A DNA stretch of 64,000 nucleotides from Candidatus Omnitrophota bacterium (lineage in GTDB: Bacteria > Omnitrophota > Gorgyraeia > Gygaellales > Profunditerraquicolaceae): assembly GCA_028716965.1 (NCBI GenBank), contig JAQUOV010000004.1, forward strand, positions 140,298 to 204,297, written 5' to 3'. Below the pieces are notes generated by a model. It was not told where the DNA came from. It saw nothing but the letters and a program-made list of their open reading frames with translations, and did no database searches. Made by a program: the position numbers and the translations under genes. Positions 1 through 9,812 of the stretch are shown piece after piece (position 1 is the stretch's first letter; each line of letters begins with the position of its first letter).

Positions 1-32
1 GGGACATTGATTATGAAAACAAAGGATATTAA

Positions 33-1022
33 ATGTTTAAAATATTATTTTCTTTAATTTTAATACTTATGCCAGTATTTTCTTTCGCGGAAACCATTGA
101 ACTTAAAGATGGAAAGGTCGTTGAAGGAAAAATTGTCGAAGAAACAGCTGATTGGATTAAGATCGATCTGGGAATAGGAGTCCCTATCACATATTACAAA
201 GAGGAGTTAAGGAATTATAATAAAAATGACGCGGTCCAAAAAGAAGTTAGTTTACCTTTGGTTGCCACGATAGATGAGCTGACTGCTGAGCAGAAGAAGA
301 ATCTCGAAGAAAATTACGTTACAACCGGTGTGGCCAATATTGATCTGGCATCTAAAGATACAGAAATCAAAGTGCGGCCTCCAAATGCGGAAGAATTGAC
401 CGACGCGGCAACCAAATTATATAACTCCGGATGCATCCAGGAAGCGTTAATAAAAACTCAAGAGGCAATAGATCAAAATAAGGATTATCTCCCGGCCTAT
501 CGCGTTATGGCGGATATGCTACAAGAAAGCGGCTCTGCCGATAAAAGCATCCCTCTCTATGATAAGATCTTGGAAAAAGATCCCAATGCCGATGAAGTTT
601 TTATGAACCGGGGTTATGCTTATGGCCGTTTAAACCAATTTGACCGGGCTATCTTGGATTATAATAAAGCCCTTGAGCTTAATCCAAAGTTATTTGGAGC
701 TATTGGTAACAGGGCCGCTGCTTATGTTAAGACTGGAAATATGGATCTTGCCAAGAAAGACTATGAAAATTTGACGGCTTTTAATAAAGAGCAGGCTTAT
801 TTTGGCTTAGGCAATATTGCTGCTTATTATGGTAATTGGGAAGAAGCTTTAAGTTATTATGATAAAACAATCCAAATATCGCCTGATTTTGCTCCGGCTT
901 ATCTAATGAAGGGGCAAATTTTACTGCAGGTGGACAGGAAGCCGGAAGGCATAGATCTGCTCAAGAAGGCAAAATCAATGGGAATGCAAATCCCGCCTAA
1001 TTTTGAAAAGCTCCTTAATTAA
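33..1022 (+). CDS. Secreted tetratricopeptide-repeat (TPR) protein with N-terminal signal peptide
   Basis: 329 aa ORF. Hydrophobic N-terminus ending FSFAE. Repeated TPR-like A/Y/G-patterned helices in the C-terminal two-thirds. Confidence 0.6.
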   Translation: MFKILFSLILILMPVFSFAETIELKDGKVVEGKIVEETADWIKIDLGIGVPITYYKEELRNYNKNDAVQKEVSLPLVATIDELTAEQKKNLEENYVTTGVANIDLASKDTEIKVRPPNAEELTDAATKLYNSGCIQEALIKTQEAIDQNKDYLPAYRVMADMLQESGSADKSIPLYDKILEKDPNADEVFMNRGYAYGRLNQFDRAILDYNKALELNPKLFGAIGNRAAAYVKTGNMDLAKKDYENLTAFNKEQAYFGLGNIAAYYGNWEEALSYYDKTIQISPDFAPAYLMKGQILLQVDRKPEGIDLLKKAKSMGMQIPPNFEKLLN

Positions 1023-1071
1023 TCGCAGAATTGACAAGCCGTGGTATTTGGGCTATAGTAGAGGAGTATAA

Positions 1072-1800
1072 ATGAGAATAATCAGTTCAATTTTGATATG
1101 GACAGCCAGCATCCTGTTGACTATCCTGCTTTTCTTTGTGGTTCTTGTCCTGACTATCCTGTTTTTTCCTTTTGACAAGAAAAAGAAGGTAACTCACGCG
1201 CAGTGCTATTGGTGGTCGGACGCGGTGATCGCCTTAAACCCTTTTTGGGACCTGAAGGTCAGCGGGCTTGAGAATATAGACCATAAAAGGACTTACGTCA
1301 TAATCTCCAACCATCAGAGCATGGCTGATATCGCGGTGCTTTATCAGACCAAGATGCAGTTTAAATGGGTGGCCAAGGCAAGTTTGTTTAAGGTCCCCTT
1401 TATCGGCTGGTGTCTTGGGTTGATCAAGCATATAAAGCTCCTGCGCGGAGATTTTGCAAGCATAAAAGAGATCTACCATCAGGCAAGCCAGTGGTTGAGA
1501 AAAGACATCTCCGTATTATTTTTCCCGGAGGGCACGCGCAGTTCCAGCAACAAGATGAATGAATTTCAAAACGGGGCTTTTAAACTGGCGATTAAAGAGA
1601 AGAAACCGATCCTGCCTATTTGTTTAATCGGTACGCGTGAAACGATCCCTAAAGGCAGTTGGATTTTTAAGAGTAAAGTTTCAGCCAGGCTTATAGTGTT
1701 GCCGGCAGTAGAAATTGATGGTTTTGGCCCGGGTGATTTTGCTTTACTCCGGGATAGGGTACGCGATAAGATTGAGGTTGCCGCAGCTAAGCCATGTTAA
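1072..1800 (+). CDS. plsC: 1-acyl-sn-glycerol-3-phosphate acyltransferase (PlsC family)
   Basis: N-terminal TM segment. HX4D motif (NHQSMAD) and FPEGTRS acyltransferase motif. Confidence 0.8.
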   Translation: MRIISSILIWTASILLTILLFFVVLVLTILFFPFDKKKKVTHAQCYWWSDAVIALNPFWDLKVSGLENIDHKRTYVIISNHQSMADIAVLYQTKMQFKWVAKASLFKVPFIGWCLGLIKHIKLLRGDFASIKEIYHQASQWLRKDISVLFFPEGTRSSSNKMNEFQNGAFKLAIKEKKPILPICLIGTRETIPKGSWIFKSKVSARLIVLPAVEIDGFGPGDFALLRDRVRDKIEVAAAKPC

Positions 1801-2567
1801 TAAATAGGGCGTACTTATTATCTTTGGGTTTTTTTGTTTTATTCCTGTTTGGATGTAACCGTATTCCGGACAGGGATGTTCTTTATCAGGTTTCCACTAT
1901 CCAGGCGCTTTCTGCCGGTGATTATGACGGCCAGGAGACGCTTCGCGCGCTTAAGGAACACGGTGATTTCGGCCTGGGGACATTTCAGGCACTGGAAGGC
2001 GAGATGGTGGCCCTGGGCGGCCTGTTCTATCAGGTTAAAGTCGATGGCCGCGCTTACCAGGTAAAGGAGGCAGCAGGGATTCCGTTTGCGCAGGTAACCT
2101 TTTTTGACAGCGATAAAACATTTATTATTGATAAGGAATTAAGTTATGCGGAACTGAAAGAATATTTGGATGAATTATTGCCCTCTAAAAATATCTTTTA
2201 TGCGGTAAAAATCAGCGGGTTGTTTAAGTATGTAAAGACCAGAAGCGTGCCTAAGCAAACTAAGCCATATCCGGGCCTTGACCAGGCAGTTAAGCAGCAG
2301 AGTGTTTTTGAATTTCATAATATCAGAGGAACGGTAATTGGCTGGCGCTCTCCGGGATATTCGCAGGGGTTTGGTGTTGGGGGTTATCATCTGCATTTTA
2401 TCAGTGAAGACAGGTTAAGCGGGGGGCATTTGCTGGATTTGCAAACATCCGGGGTTAAGGCAGAGATTGATCAAACCGCGGATTTCCATTTAAGCCTGCC
2501 GTTAAACCAGGAGTTTCTCGGCCTTGACCTTGAGCCTGACGCAGGGGAGGGGATGAAAAATGAATAG
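1794..2567 (+). CDS. Alpha-acetolactate decarboxylase homolog with lipoprotein signal (LFGC lipobox)
   Basis: LYQVSTIQALSAGDYDG...GDFGLGTF...EGEMVALGG...YQ block is characteristic of ALDC (AlsD/BudA). Overlaps the plsC stop by 7 nt. Confidence 0.65.
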   Translation: MLINRAYLLSLGFFVLFLFGCNRIPDRDVLYQVSTIQALSAGDYDGQETLRALKEHGDFGLGTFQALEGEMVALGGLFYQVKVDGRAYQVKEAAGIPFAQVTFFDSDKTFIIDKELSYAELKEYLDELLPSKNIFYAVKISGLFKYVKTRSVPKQTKPYPGLDQAVKQQSVFEFHNIRGTVIGWRSPGYSQGFGVGGYHLHFISEDRLSGGHLLDLQTSGVKAEIDQTADFHLSLPLNQEFLGLDLEPDAGEGMKNE

Positions 2568-2782
2568 AACACATAATGCGGTTGTTCTGTTCTTTACAAT
2601 TATAATTTGCGTATCATTTTTTCTTCCCTGGGTGAGCGTGGAGTCCCGGATGGCCGGCGGCATGTCCAAATTTTAAGCGGCAAGAAACAATCCAGTTATG
2701 GTCTTATTTATGTATCGGGCTGTTTAGTTTATTCAGGTTCAGCCGCCAGCAGCTTACGAAAGAATAAAGATCGGAGCGATAA

Positions 2783-3844
2783 ATGAAAAAAGGGTATAAG
2801 TTTATCATCGCGCTGTTTGCAATATTATTGGTTTTATTTTTTGTTGCCAGCATCCTGGTCAGCCTTTATGCCCCCAGGATTGTTGAGGACCAGATCCGCC
2901 AGAGCCTGAAAGTTAAGGCCAGCCTCGGGAAAATAAGCTTAAGCCCGCCTTTTACTGTTACCCTGGAGAGTCTGGAGATCGGCACCCTGGCGAATATAAA
3001 GAAGGTATCTTTCTCCCCGAATTTGATCGCTTTATTATCCGGTAAGATAATTATCCACGGCTTAACCATCAGTGGATCGGTGATCAACCTTGAACGTTCG
3101 TCGGATGGCAAATTGAACCTGCCGGTCTTGGACAAAAAAGGCAAGCCGCCGGAAATCTATCCTGCCAGCCTTAGGGTGGTGGATGCCAAGATAATTTTCA
3201 CGGATAGAAAAGTAAGCGCCGCGGGCTACCAGATCATCGTTGATAAATTAAATATCAGTGTTGCCAGGGCTTCTCTGCCCCTGGCCTCCCTAGCTACGGA
3301 TTTCAACGTAAGCGCCCAGTTTTTAAGCCCTGCGGGGAAGGTTTTTGGCGGTATCACTTTCTCCGGCTGGCTGGATTATCTGGCAAAAGGTATGGATGCC
3401 AAATTAGAGGTCAATGACCTGGAGGTAACCAATTTTTCCCCTTACTACGGTAATTTTATCTCAAACAAAAAACTTCTCTCGGCAAGGCTTAATCTTAACT
3501 CGACCTTTAAGGCTAAAAATAATGCTTTGAATATTATCACGGATTTTAACCTTTCCAATCTCGTTTATGACCAAGATGAACTGCAGGCGCCGGTTCCGGA
3601 TTTAGCTAAAAACGCCCTTGACCTGTTTACTGATGCCGATGGTAATTTGCATTTAGTATTTAATATTGATACTAAGCTGGATGACCCGGCCTTAAGCCAG
3701 GATAAACTGAAAGAGATAATCCTGAAAGCGGCGATGAAGAACCTTGCCAGCCAGTCACCGGAGCAAATAGTTGATAAAGTCAGCAGCGTGATAGATAAGT
3801 TTAAGGGGTATAGTAAAGAGTTGAAGGAGATATTCGGGAAATAG
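2783..3844 (+). CDS. Membrane-anchored AsmA-like/DUF748-like envelope protein (hypothetical)
   Basis: 353 aa with a single N-terminal TM helix followed by a beta-rich periplasmic region. Weak resemblance to the AsmA family. Confidence 0.35.
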   Translation: MKKGYKFIIALFAILLVLFFVASILVSLYAPRIVEDQIRQSLKVKASLGKISLSPPFTVTLESLEIGTLANIKKVSFSPNLIALLSGKIIIHGLTISGSVINLERSSDGKLNLPVLDKKGKPPEIYPASLRVVDAKIIFTDRKVSAAGYQIIVDKLNISVARASLPLASLATDFNVSAQFLSPAGKVFGGITFSGWLDYLAKGMDAKLEVNDLEVTNFSPYYGNFISNKKLLSARLNLNSTFKAKNNALNIITDFNLSNLVYDQDELQAPVPDLAKNALDLFTDADGNLHLVFNIDTKLDDPALSQDKLKEIILKAAMKNLASQSPEQIVDKVSSVIDKFKGYSKELKEIFGK

Positions 3845-3887
3845 CCCCCGGGCTCTCCGGGATGAGCCGCAGGCGTTTTTCCCACAG

Positions 3888-4553
3888 GTGATAATCATGG
3901 ATGAAGCAAAATCAAAAACCTTGAGAAATATTGAAGAAAAAATGGAGGCCCTGGACAGCGGTTCTTTACGCTACCACATTTTAGAGAGCGCCAAGAACTT
4001 TAAGCGTTCATGGATAGAGTTGGGCCGGGCCCTTTATTCGGCATGGAAAGACAAGATGTATAAGGAGTGGGGGTATGTAAACTTTGATATCTATGTCAGC
4101 CGCGAGATAGGCATACGTAAACAGACGGCAATGAAGCTGCTCAAGTCGTATTATTTCCTGGAAAAAGAGGAGCCGCAATATTTAAAAAACGATTATGCGC
4201 AAAGCAGCCAGGCTGCCAATATCCCCAGCTATGAGTCAGTGGATATCCTGCGCCAGGCGAAGAATAAGAAGGCATTAGATGCGGATGATTATAATAACCT
4301 GAAAAAAGAGATTTTTGAAAAGGGCAGGGATGCCCAGGAACTGAAGAAAAGCCTGGGCGTAATCATCAGGCAGCGCCAGGAGCTGGATCCGGAGGAAGCG
4401 CAGGAGAAAAGAAGGCTGGCTATGTTAAGGAGGGTTCTGGGTCAGTTGCGTATGTTGAAACAGGAGGCGGAGGTTTTAAAAATGCTTCCTATGCCGTTAA
4501 TTAAAGAGTTGGATGCCTTGATAAAGAAGATTGATGCTGCGCTGGGAGCGTAA
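3888..4553 (+). CDS. Hypothetical cytoplasmic protein
   Basis: 221 aa ORF with coding-like composition. No recognisable motif. Confidence 0.4.
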   Translation: MIIMDEAKSKTLRNIEEKMEALDSGSLRYHILESAKNFKRSWIELGRALYSAWKDKMYKEWGYVNFDIYVSREIGIRKQTAMKLLKSYYFLEKEEPQYLKNDYAQSSQAANIPSYESVDILRQAKNKKALDADDYNNLKKEIFEKGRDAQELKKSLGVIIRQRQELDPEEAQEKRRLAMLRRVLGQLRMLKQEAEVLKMLPMPLIKELDALIKKIDAALGA

Positions 4554-4559
4554 ATTTAT

Positions 4560-4973
4560 ATGGTAAATCTTGCCCGGGATGCTATGACCTTGGAAAAGAA
4601 GATGCTCGCTTTAGGGGTGCGCGATGATGATATTGTGGAAACCTTTATCCATTCAAGCGGGCCGGGGGGGCAGAATGTAAATAAGACTGCTACCTGCGTA
4701 TATCTTAAACATTTGCCTACCGGTCTTGAGGTGAAATGTCAGCGTCAGCGTTCGCAGTTGCTTAACCGCCGGTTAGCCAGGTACATACTTTTAAGCAAGA
4801 TTGAAAATAAGATCAAGCATAATCTTTTGCAGAAGCAGTCGCTTAAGGCAAAGATCAGGCGCCAGATGCGCAGGAAACCCAAAGGTGTAAAATTAAGGAT
4901 CCTTGAGCAAAAACGCCGGCATTCAGAAAAGAAATCTACGCGTAGAAAAATCCGCGAAATTGAGATTGCATAA
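4560..4973 (+). CDS. arfB: Alternative ribosome-rescue factor ArfB (peptidyl-tRNA hydrolase, RF-1 domain)
   Basis: GGQ motif (SSGPGGQNVNKT). Short ~137 aa with a basic C-terminal tail typical of ArfB/YaeJ. Confidence 0.8.
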   Translation: MVNLARDAMTLEKKMLALGVRDDDIVETFIHSSGPGGQNVNKTATCVYLKHLPTGLEVKCQRQRSQLLNRRLARYILLSKIENKIKHNLLQKQSLKAKIRRQMRRKPKGVKLRILEQKRRHSEKKSTRRKIREIEIA

Positions 4974-5024
4974 CTCTTTTCTTGTGGTATTATAATAAAA
5001 AGTAAATATGCAAGGAGGTTTGTT

Positions 5025-5150
5025 ATGGGGTACGGTTATGGTTTTATGAGCGGTTTGATTTCGTTGGCTTTAACTATTTGGCTGGTATATTTCAGCGTTG
5101 CAGTGCTTCAGAAACTGGATAAAATAATCGAGCTGTTAAACAAGAAGTAG
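5025..5150 (+). CDS. 41-aa predicted small membrane protein (micro-ORF; not in the supplied ORF track)
   Basis: ATG at 5025 preceded by AGGAGG at 5013-5018. Encodes MGYGYGFMSGLISLALTIWLVYFSVAVLQKLDKIIELLNKK, with one TM helix. Confidence 0.4.
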   Translation: MGYGYGFMSGLISLALTIWLVYFSVAVLQKLDKIIELLNKK

Positions 5151-5166
5151 CCTTTTATTAAATCCA

Positions 5167-5195
5167 TTGACTTGCAGGTTCAGTTAGCATATAAT
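5167..5195 (+). promoter_or_regulatory. Sigma70-like promoter upstream of rpsO (TTGACT-17-TATAAT)
   Basis: TTGACT at 5167-5172, 17-nt spacer, TATAAT at 5190-5195. Confidence 0.55.
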
Positions 5196-5218
5196 AATCA
5201 GAAAGGGAGGGAAGAAAA

Positions 5219-5488
5219 TTGGTTTTGGTAAAGGAAAAAAAAGCAAAATTGATTAACGAGTTTAAGGTGCATGCCAGGGATACTGGTTCCGCCGAGGTCC
5301 AGATAGCTATCTTGACCGAGAGGATCAATTCCCTGGGTGATCATTTTAAATCGCATAAAAAGGACCTGCATTCTCGCCGCGGCCTGCTTTTATTGGTTGG
5401 CAGACGCCGCAGCCTTCTTAAATATCTCAAGGATAAGGATTTAAAGAAGTACGAAGAGGTTCTGGGAAAACTTCACTTGAGAAAATAA
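5219..5488 (+). CDS. rpsO: 30S ribosomal protein S15
   Basis: TTG start. The sequence aligns along its length with S15 (…[12 protein letters not shown]…). Confidence 0.9.
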   Translation: MVLVKEKKAKLINEFKVHARDTGSAEVQIAILTERINSLGDHFKSHKKDLHSRRGLLLLVGRRRSLLKYLKDKDLKKYEEVLGKLHLRK

Positions 5489-5531
5489 GGCCCCAAAAAC
5501 ATTTCACCTATAATAAAGAAAGAGCAAAATA

Positions 5532-7613
5532 ATGCAAAATAAAAGCTTGAAGATTAAATTTGGTAAAAATGACCTTATCCTGGAGACCGGCAGGATTGCT
5601 AAGCAGGCAAATGGTTCGGTCACCGTGACTTATGGCGCAACCGTGATTTTGGTTACTGCCTGTATGTCTAAGGATATAAGGGAAGGGCAGGATTTCTTTC
5701 CTTTGACGGTAGAATACCAGGAAAAGACCTATGCCGCAGGCAGGATCCCCGGCGGTTTCTTTAAGCGTGAAGGCAGGCCTTCAGAAAACGAAATCCTTGG
5801 CTCCCGTCTTATTGACCGGCCGATACGCCCGTTATTTCCCGAAGGGTTCTTGAATGAGGTCCAGGTCATGGCGATGGTCCTTTCAAGCGACGGTGAGAAT
5901 GACCCGAATATCCTGGCGTTGATCGGGGCAAGCGCAGCTTTATCCATTTCGGATATTCCTTTTAAAGGCCCTTTGGCAAGCTGCAGGGTAGCCAGGGTGG
6001 ACAACGAATTTATTTTGAATCCTACTTATGCCGAGCTTGAGAACGCGGACCTGGAGGTAGTGGTTGCCGGAAACAGCAATGGCGTAGTGATGCTTGAGTC
6101 AAAAGCCAAAGAGGTCTCCGAGGAGGTATATCTTGAGGCGGTGAAGTTTGGGATGGAGAGCCTTAAGCCTATACTCAGCATGCAGGAAGAGTTCTGCCGC
6201 CTTTATGGCGCAGAAAAGGCAAAGGTTGAACTTAAATTGATTGACCCGGCCTTAATGCAGAAGATTGAATCTCTTGCGCAGGAGAAACTAAATAAGGTAT
6301 ATAAATTAAGCAAGAAGGAAGAACGCGAAGAGGCAGTTGACCTGTTGACAAAAGAATTGGAATCGCAGTTAACTACTGAAGGTTTCCTTGCGGCGGATAT
6401 TTGTGCCGGGCTTCATGAAGTAGAGAAGAAGCAGGTACGCAAGATGATTGCCGATGAGAATATCCGTATTGATGGGCGTTCTTTCAAGGAGATCCGCCCG
6501 ATCAGCTGCGAAGTTTCTGTGCTTCCGCGTACGCACGGTTCAAGCCTTTTTACCCGCGGGCAGACCCAGAGTCTAGCCGTAACTACTTTAGGCACAGGCG
6601 AAGATGAGCAATTGATCGAGGCGCTTGATGGAGAGAGAAAGAAATCTTTTATGCTGCATTACAATTTCCCTTCTTTTAGCGTTGGAGAAACAAGGGCTAT
6701 ACGCGGACCCGGCAGGCGCGAGATAGGCCACGGGGCATTAGCGGAAAAGGCATTGCTTGCGGTAATGCCGCCGAAAGAGAAGTTCCCTTATACTATAAGA
6801 GTGGTTTCCGAGATTTTGGAATCCAACGGCTCAAGCAGTATGGCTTCGGTCTGCGCTGCTACCTTGTCATTAATGGATGCCGGCGTGCCGATTAAAGAAG
6901 CTGTAGGCGGGGTCGCCTTAGGTTTAGTGAAAGAGGGGAGCAAAACGGCAATCCTTACGGATATCGCCGGATTAGAGGACCATTTTGGAGATATGGATTT
7001 TAAGGTCGCCGGGACCCGCCAGGGTGTTACTGCCGTACAGCTGGATCTTAAGATAGACGGGATTAGTTTAGAACTGCTTAAGGATTGCCTTGCGCAGTCC
7101 AAGGAGTCAAGGTTTTTTATCCTGGATAAAATGAGTTCCGCGTTAAACAGCCCAAGAGAGGAACTTTCCAGTTTTGCCCCGCGCATAGATGTTTTAAAGA
7201 TCAATACCGAGAAGATCGGGGAACTGATCGGTCCGGGAGGAAAGACGATTAAGGCAATAATCGCCGCCACCGGCGCCAGTATTGATATAAAAGATGACGG
7301 TACAGTTTTGGTCGGCTCAACCGACGCGGGCAAATCCGATGCCGCCATTAAAATGATCAGAGCAATTACCGATGATGTGGAGGTAGGCCGGGTTTATTTC
7401 GGCAAGGTAAAACGCATTATGCCGTTCGGAGTCTTTGTAGAGATAGCCCCGCGTAAAGAAGGCCTAGTGCATGTTTCCGAGTTATCAAGTACTTTTGTGA
7501 AGAAAGTTGAAGACGTGGTAAAAGTCGGAGATGAATTTAAAGTCAAGGTTATCGGCATAGATGAGCTGGGCCGGATCAATTTAAGTAAAAAGCAGGCCGA
7601 GCAAAGCAGTTAA
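5532..7613 (+). CDS. pnp: Polyribonucleotide nucleotidyltransferase (PNPase)
   Basis: 693 aa with two RNase PH domains, KH and S1 domains. Follows rpsO in the classical rpsO-pnp synteny. Confidence 0.95.
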   Translation: MQNKSLKIKFGKNDLILETGRIAKQANGSVTVTYGATVILVTACMSKDIREGQDFFPLTVEYQEKTYAAGRIPGGFFKREGRPSENEILGSRLIDRPIRPLFPEGFLNEVQVMAMVLSSDGENDPNILALIGASAALSISDIPFKGPLASCRVARVDNEFILNPTYAELENADLEVVVAGNSNGVVMLESKAKEVSEEVYLEAVKFGMESLKPILSMQEEFCRLYGAEKAKVELKLIDPALMQKIESLAQEKLNKVYKLSKKEEREEAVDLLTKELESQLTTEGFLAADICAGLHEVEKKQVRKMIADENIRIDGRSFKEIRPISCEVSVLPRTHGSSLFTRGQTQSLAVTTLGTGEDEQLIEALDGERKKSFMLHYNFPSFSVGETRAIRGPGRREIGHGALAEKALLAVMPPKEKFPYTIRVVSEILESNGSSSMASVCAATLSLMDAGVPIKEAVGGVALGLVKEGSKTAILTDIAGLEDHFGDMDFKVAGTRQGVTAVQLDLKIDGISLELLKDCLAQSKESRFFILDKMSSALNSPREELSSFAPRIDVLKINTEKIGELIGPGGKTIKAIIAATGASIDIKDDGTVLVGSTDAGKSDAAIKMIRAITDDVEVGRVYFGKVKRIMPFGVFVEIAPRKEGLVHVSELSSTFVKKVEDVVKVGDEFKVKVIGIDELGRINLSKKQAEQSS

Positions 7614-7622
7614 TTTTAAGAA

Positions 7623-9812
7623 GTGAAAGAAAGAAGATTAAATGAGGTCAAAGGCGTTATTTTAATAGCGGTTGGGCTGATGGTTTTGGCCAGCCTCCTG
7701 CGCTTTGATCGTGCTGACCTCGTTTTTTTTACCTCGCACCCCAATTTTCCCCCTAAAAATCTGCTGGGAGTTTTCGGCGCCTATTTAGGCGGGTTTCTCG
7801 TATTCCTCTTCGGCAATATCTCAAGTTTTATTATCCCGTTTCTGGTCATTACCCTGGGTGTAAAGTATTTTCGTCAGGATAAGCCTTATCTTAGTATCCC
7901 GCGTATTATGGGGATGTTCGTATTGCTTATCTCCTTGAGTTCGCTTATCGGCATGTTTAATTTAAGCAACGATTTGTTAAGGTTTCATACCGCGGGGTTT
8001 TTGGGCGCGCTTACCTCCAACTTCATAACCGCATATTTCAGCCGTTTAGGCGGTTTTATTATTTTTATTACCTTTATTATCCTTTCCCTGGCCCTGGTTA
8101 CGGAAATCCTCATCTCTTCGCTTTTCTTGAAGACGCTTGAAAGATTAAAATCGTTTTTCTCGGGAATGTTCGATTTATCCAGCAGACAGAAGGCAACCTT
8201 GGTTAAGGTTAAGCAGAGCCTTTTGCATAAGAATAGCCTTTCCTCTAAGAAAGATGAGCAGCAGGCAGCTACTTCAAAACCAAAGATATTCATGCCTGAG
8301 GCCGCCGCCAGGCCGAAGATACAAATTAAATCCCGCCAGCAGGGAGAGGAAATAAAGATCAAGGCCAAGGAATTGAAGATCGGCGATTATCATCTGCCTT
8401 CCGTGGACCTGCTGGATGAAGCCCCTGAACCGGATACCAGGCAGATGAAGGAGGACCTTGAATCCAGCGCCAGGATCCTTGAGGATACATTGACAGATTT
8501 TGGGATCGCGGCCAAGGTCACGGATATTATCCGCGGCCCGGTAATTACGCGCTATGAACTTGAGCCTGCTCCCGGAGTAAAGATCAACCGTATCGAGGCT
8601 TTAAGCGATGATATCGCTTTGGCAATTAAAGCCCAGTCAGTAAGGATTATCGCGCCTATCCCGGGAAAAGGCCGGGTAGGGGTTGAGGTCCCTAATTTGC
8701 ACAGCGCTTTAGTGTGTATTAAAGACCTGCTCGTTTCTGCCGAATACCATAAACAAAAATCGTCTCTTACCCTGGCTTTAGGCAAGGATATTACCGGAAG
8801 GTCTGTCTTTGGCGACCTGGATGATATGCCGCACCTTTTGATTGCCGGCACTACCGGTTCCGGAAAGACTGTATGCGTGAATACCTGTATTTTATCTTTG
8901 CTTTTCAGGGGCTCGCCCAACGACCTGAAGTTTTTGATGATTGACCCGAAAATGGTGGAGCTGATGCCTTTTAACGGACTGCCGCATCTTTTGTGTCCGG
9001 TTGTTACCGACGCCAAGAAAGCGGCGGTTGCGCTTAATTGGGTAGTTGGACAAATGGAGGAGCGTTATCAGCTTTTGGCTAAGATAGGAGTGAGGAATAT
9101 CGAGGCCTATAATGAGAAACAACAAGAGAAGTTGCCTTATATCGTAGTGATAGTAGATGAATTCGCGGATCTGATGACCGTAGCGCGTGACCAGATTGAA
9201 AATGCGATTACCCGCCTGGCGCAGTTGTCGCGGGCGGTAGGCATACACCTGATTTTAGCCACGCAGCGGCCAAGCGTTGATGTAATTACCGGTGTAATTA
9301 AAGCGAACTTACCGGCGCGTATATCTTTTAAGGTCGCTTCTAAAGTTGATTCGCGCACGGTTTTGGATATGAATGGGGCGGAAACCTTATTAGGTAAAGG
9401 CGATATGCTATTCCTGCAACCCGGGAAAGAGGACCTTATCCGTATACAGGGGGCGCTGGTTAAAGACGGGGAGATTGAAAAGGTGGTAGAGTTTATCAAA
9501 GCGCAAGGGGAGCCGGCTTATAATGACCAGATCCTTAAGGAACAGCAAAAAAATAACTTGGCCGGAGGCGGGGAAAAAGATGAGCTTTATGACGAGGCGG
9601 TGCGCGTAATAATGGAAAGCAACCAGGCGTCGGTTTCCATATTGCAAAGGCGTATGCGTTTAGGCTATACGCGCGCTGCGCGTATTATAGATATAATGGA
9701 GATGGAAGGTTTGGTTGGCCCGTATGAGGGGAGTAAACCGCGCAGGATCCTGGTTGACCGCGAGGCGTGGCTTAAGGATTTGACAGGTCTTAAGGGGACA
9801 GAGAAAATATGA
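7623..9812 (+). CDS. ftsK: DNA translocase FtsK/SpoIIIE
   Basis: Several N-terminal TM helices, a linker, a Walker A motif (GTTGSGKT) and a C-terminal gamma domain. Confidence 0.9.
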   Translation: MKERRLNEVKGVILIAVGLMVLASLLRFDRADLVFFTSHPNFPPKNLLGVFGAYLGGFLVFLFGNISSFIIPFLVITLGVKYFRQDKPYLSIPRIMGMFVLLISLSSLIGMFNLSNDLLRFHTAGFLGALTSNFITAYFSRLGGFIIFITFIILSLALVTEILISSLFLKTLERLKSFFSGMFDLSSRQKATLVKVKQSLLHKNSLSSKKDEQQAATSKPKIFMPEAAARPKIQIKSRQQGEEIKIKAKELKIGDYHLPSVDLLDEAPEPDTRQMKEDLESSARILEDTLTDFGIAAKVTDIIRGPVITRYELEPAPGVKINRIEALSDDIALAIKAQSVRIIAPIPGKGRVGVEVPNLHSALVCIKDLLVSAEYHKQKSSLTLALGKDITGRSVFGDLDDMPHLLIAGTTGSGKTVCVNTCILSLLFRGSPNDLKFLMIDPKMVELMPFNGLPHLLCPVVTDAKKAAVALNWVVGQMEERYQLLAKIGVRNIEAYNEKQQEKLPYIVVIVDEFADLMTVARDQIENAITRLAQLSRAVGIHLILATQRPSVDVITGVIKANLPARISFKVASKVDSRTVLDMNGAETLLGKGDMLFLQPGKEDLIRIQGALVKDGEIEKVVEFIKAQGEPAYNDQILKEQQKNNLAGGGEKDELYDEAVRVIMESNQASVSILQRRMRLGYTRAARIIDIMEMEGLVGPYEGSKPRRILVDREAWLKDLTGLKGTEKI

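Noticed and set aside
6788-7348. 186-aa minus-strand ORF
   Set aside because: Antisense to pnp with low-complexity Ser/Pro/Ala-rich translation. Typical shadow ORF.
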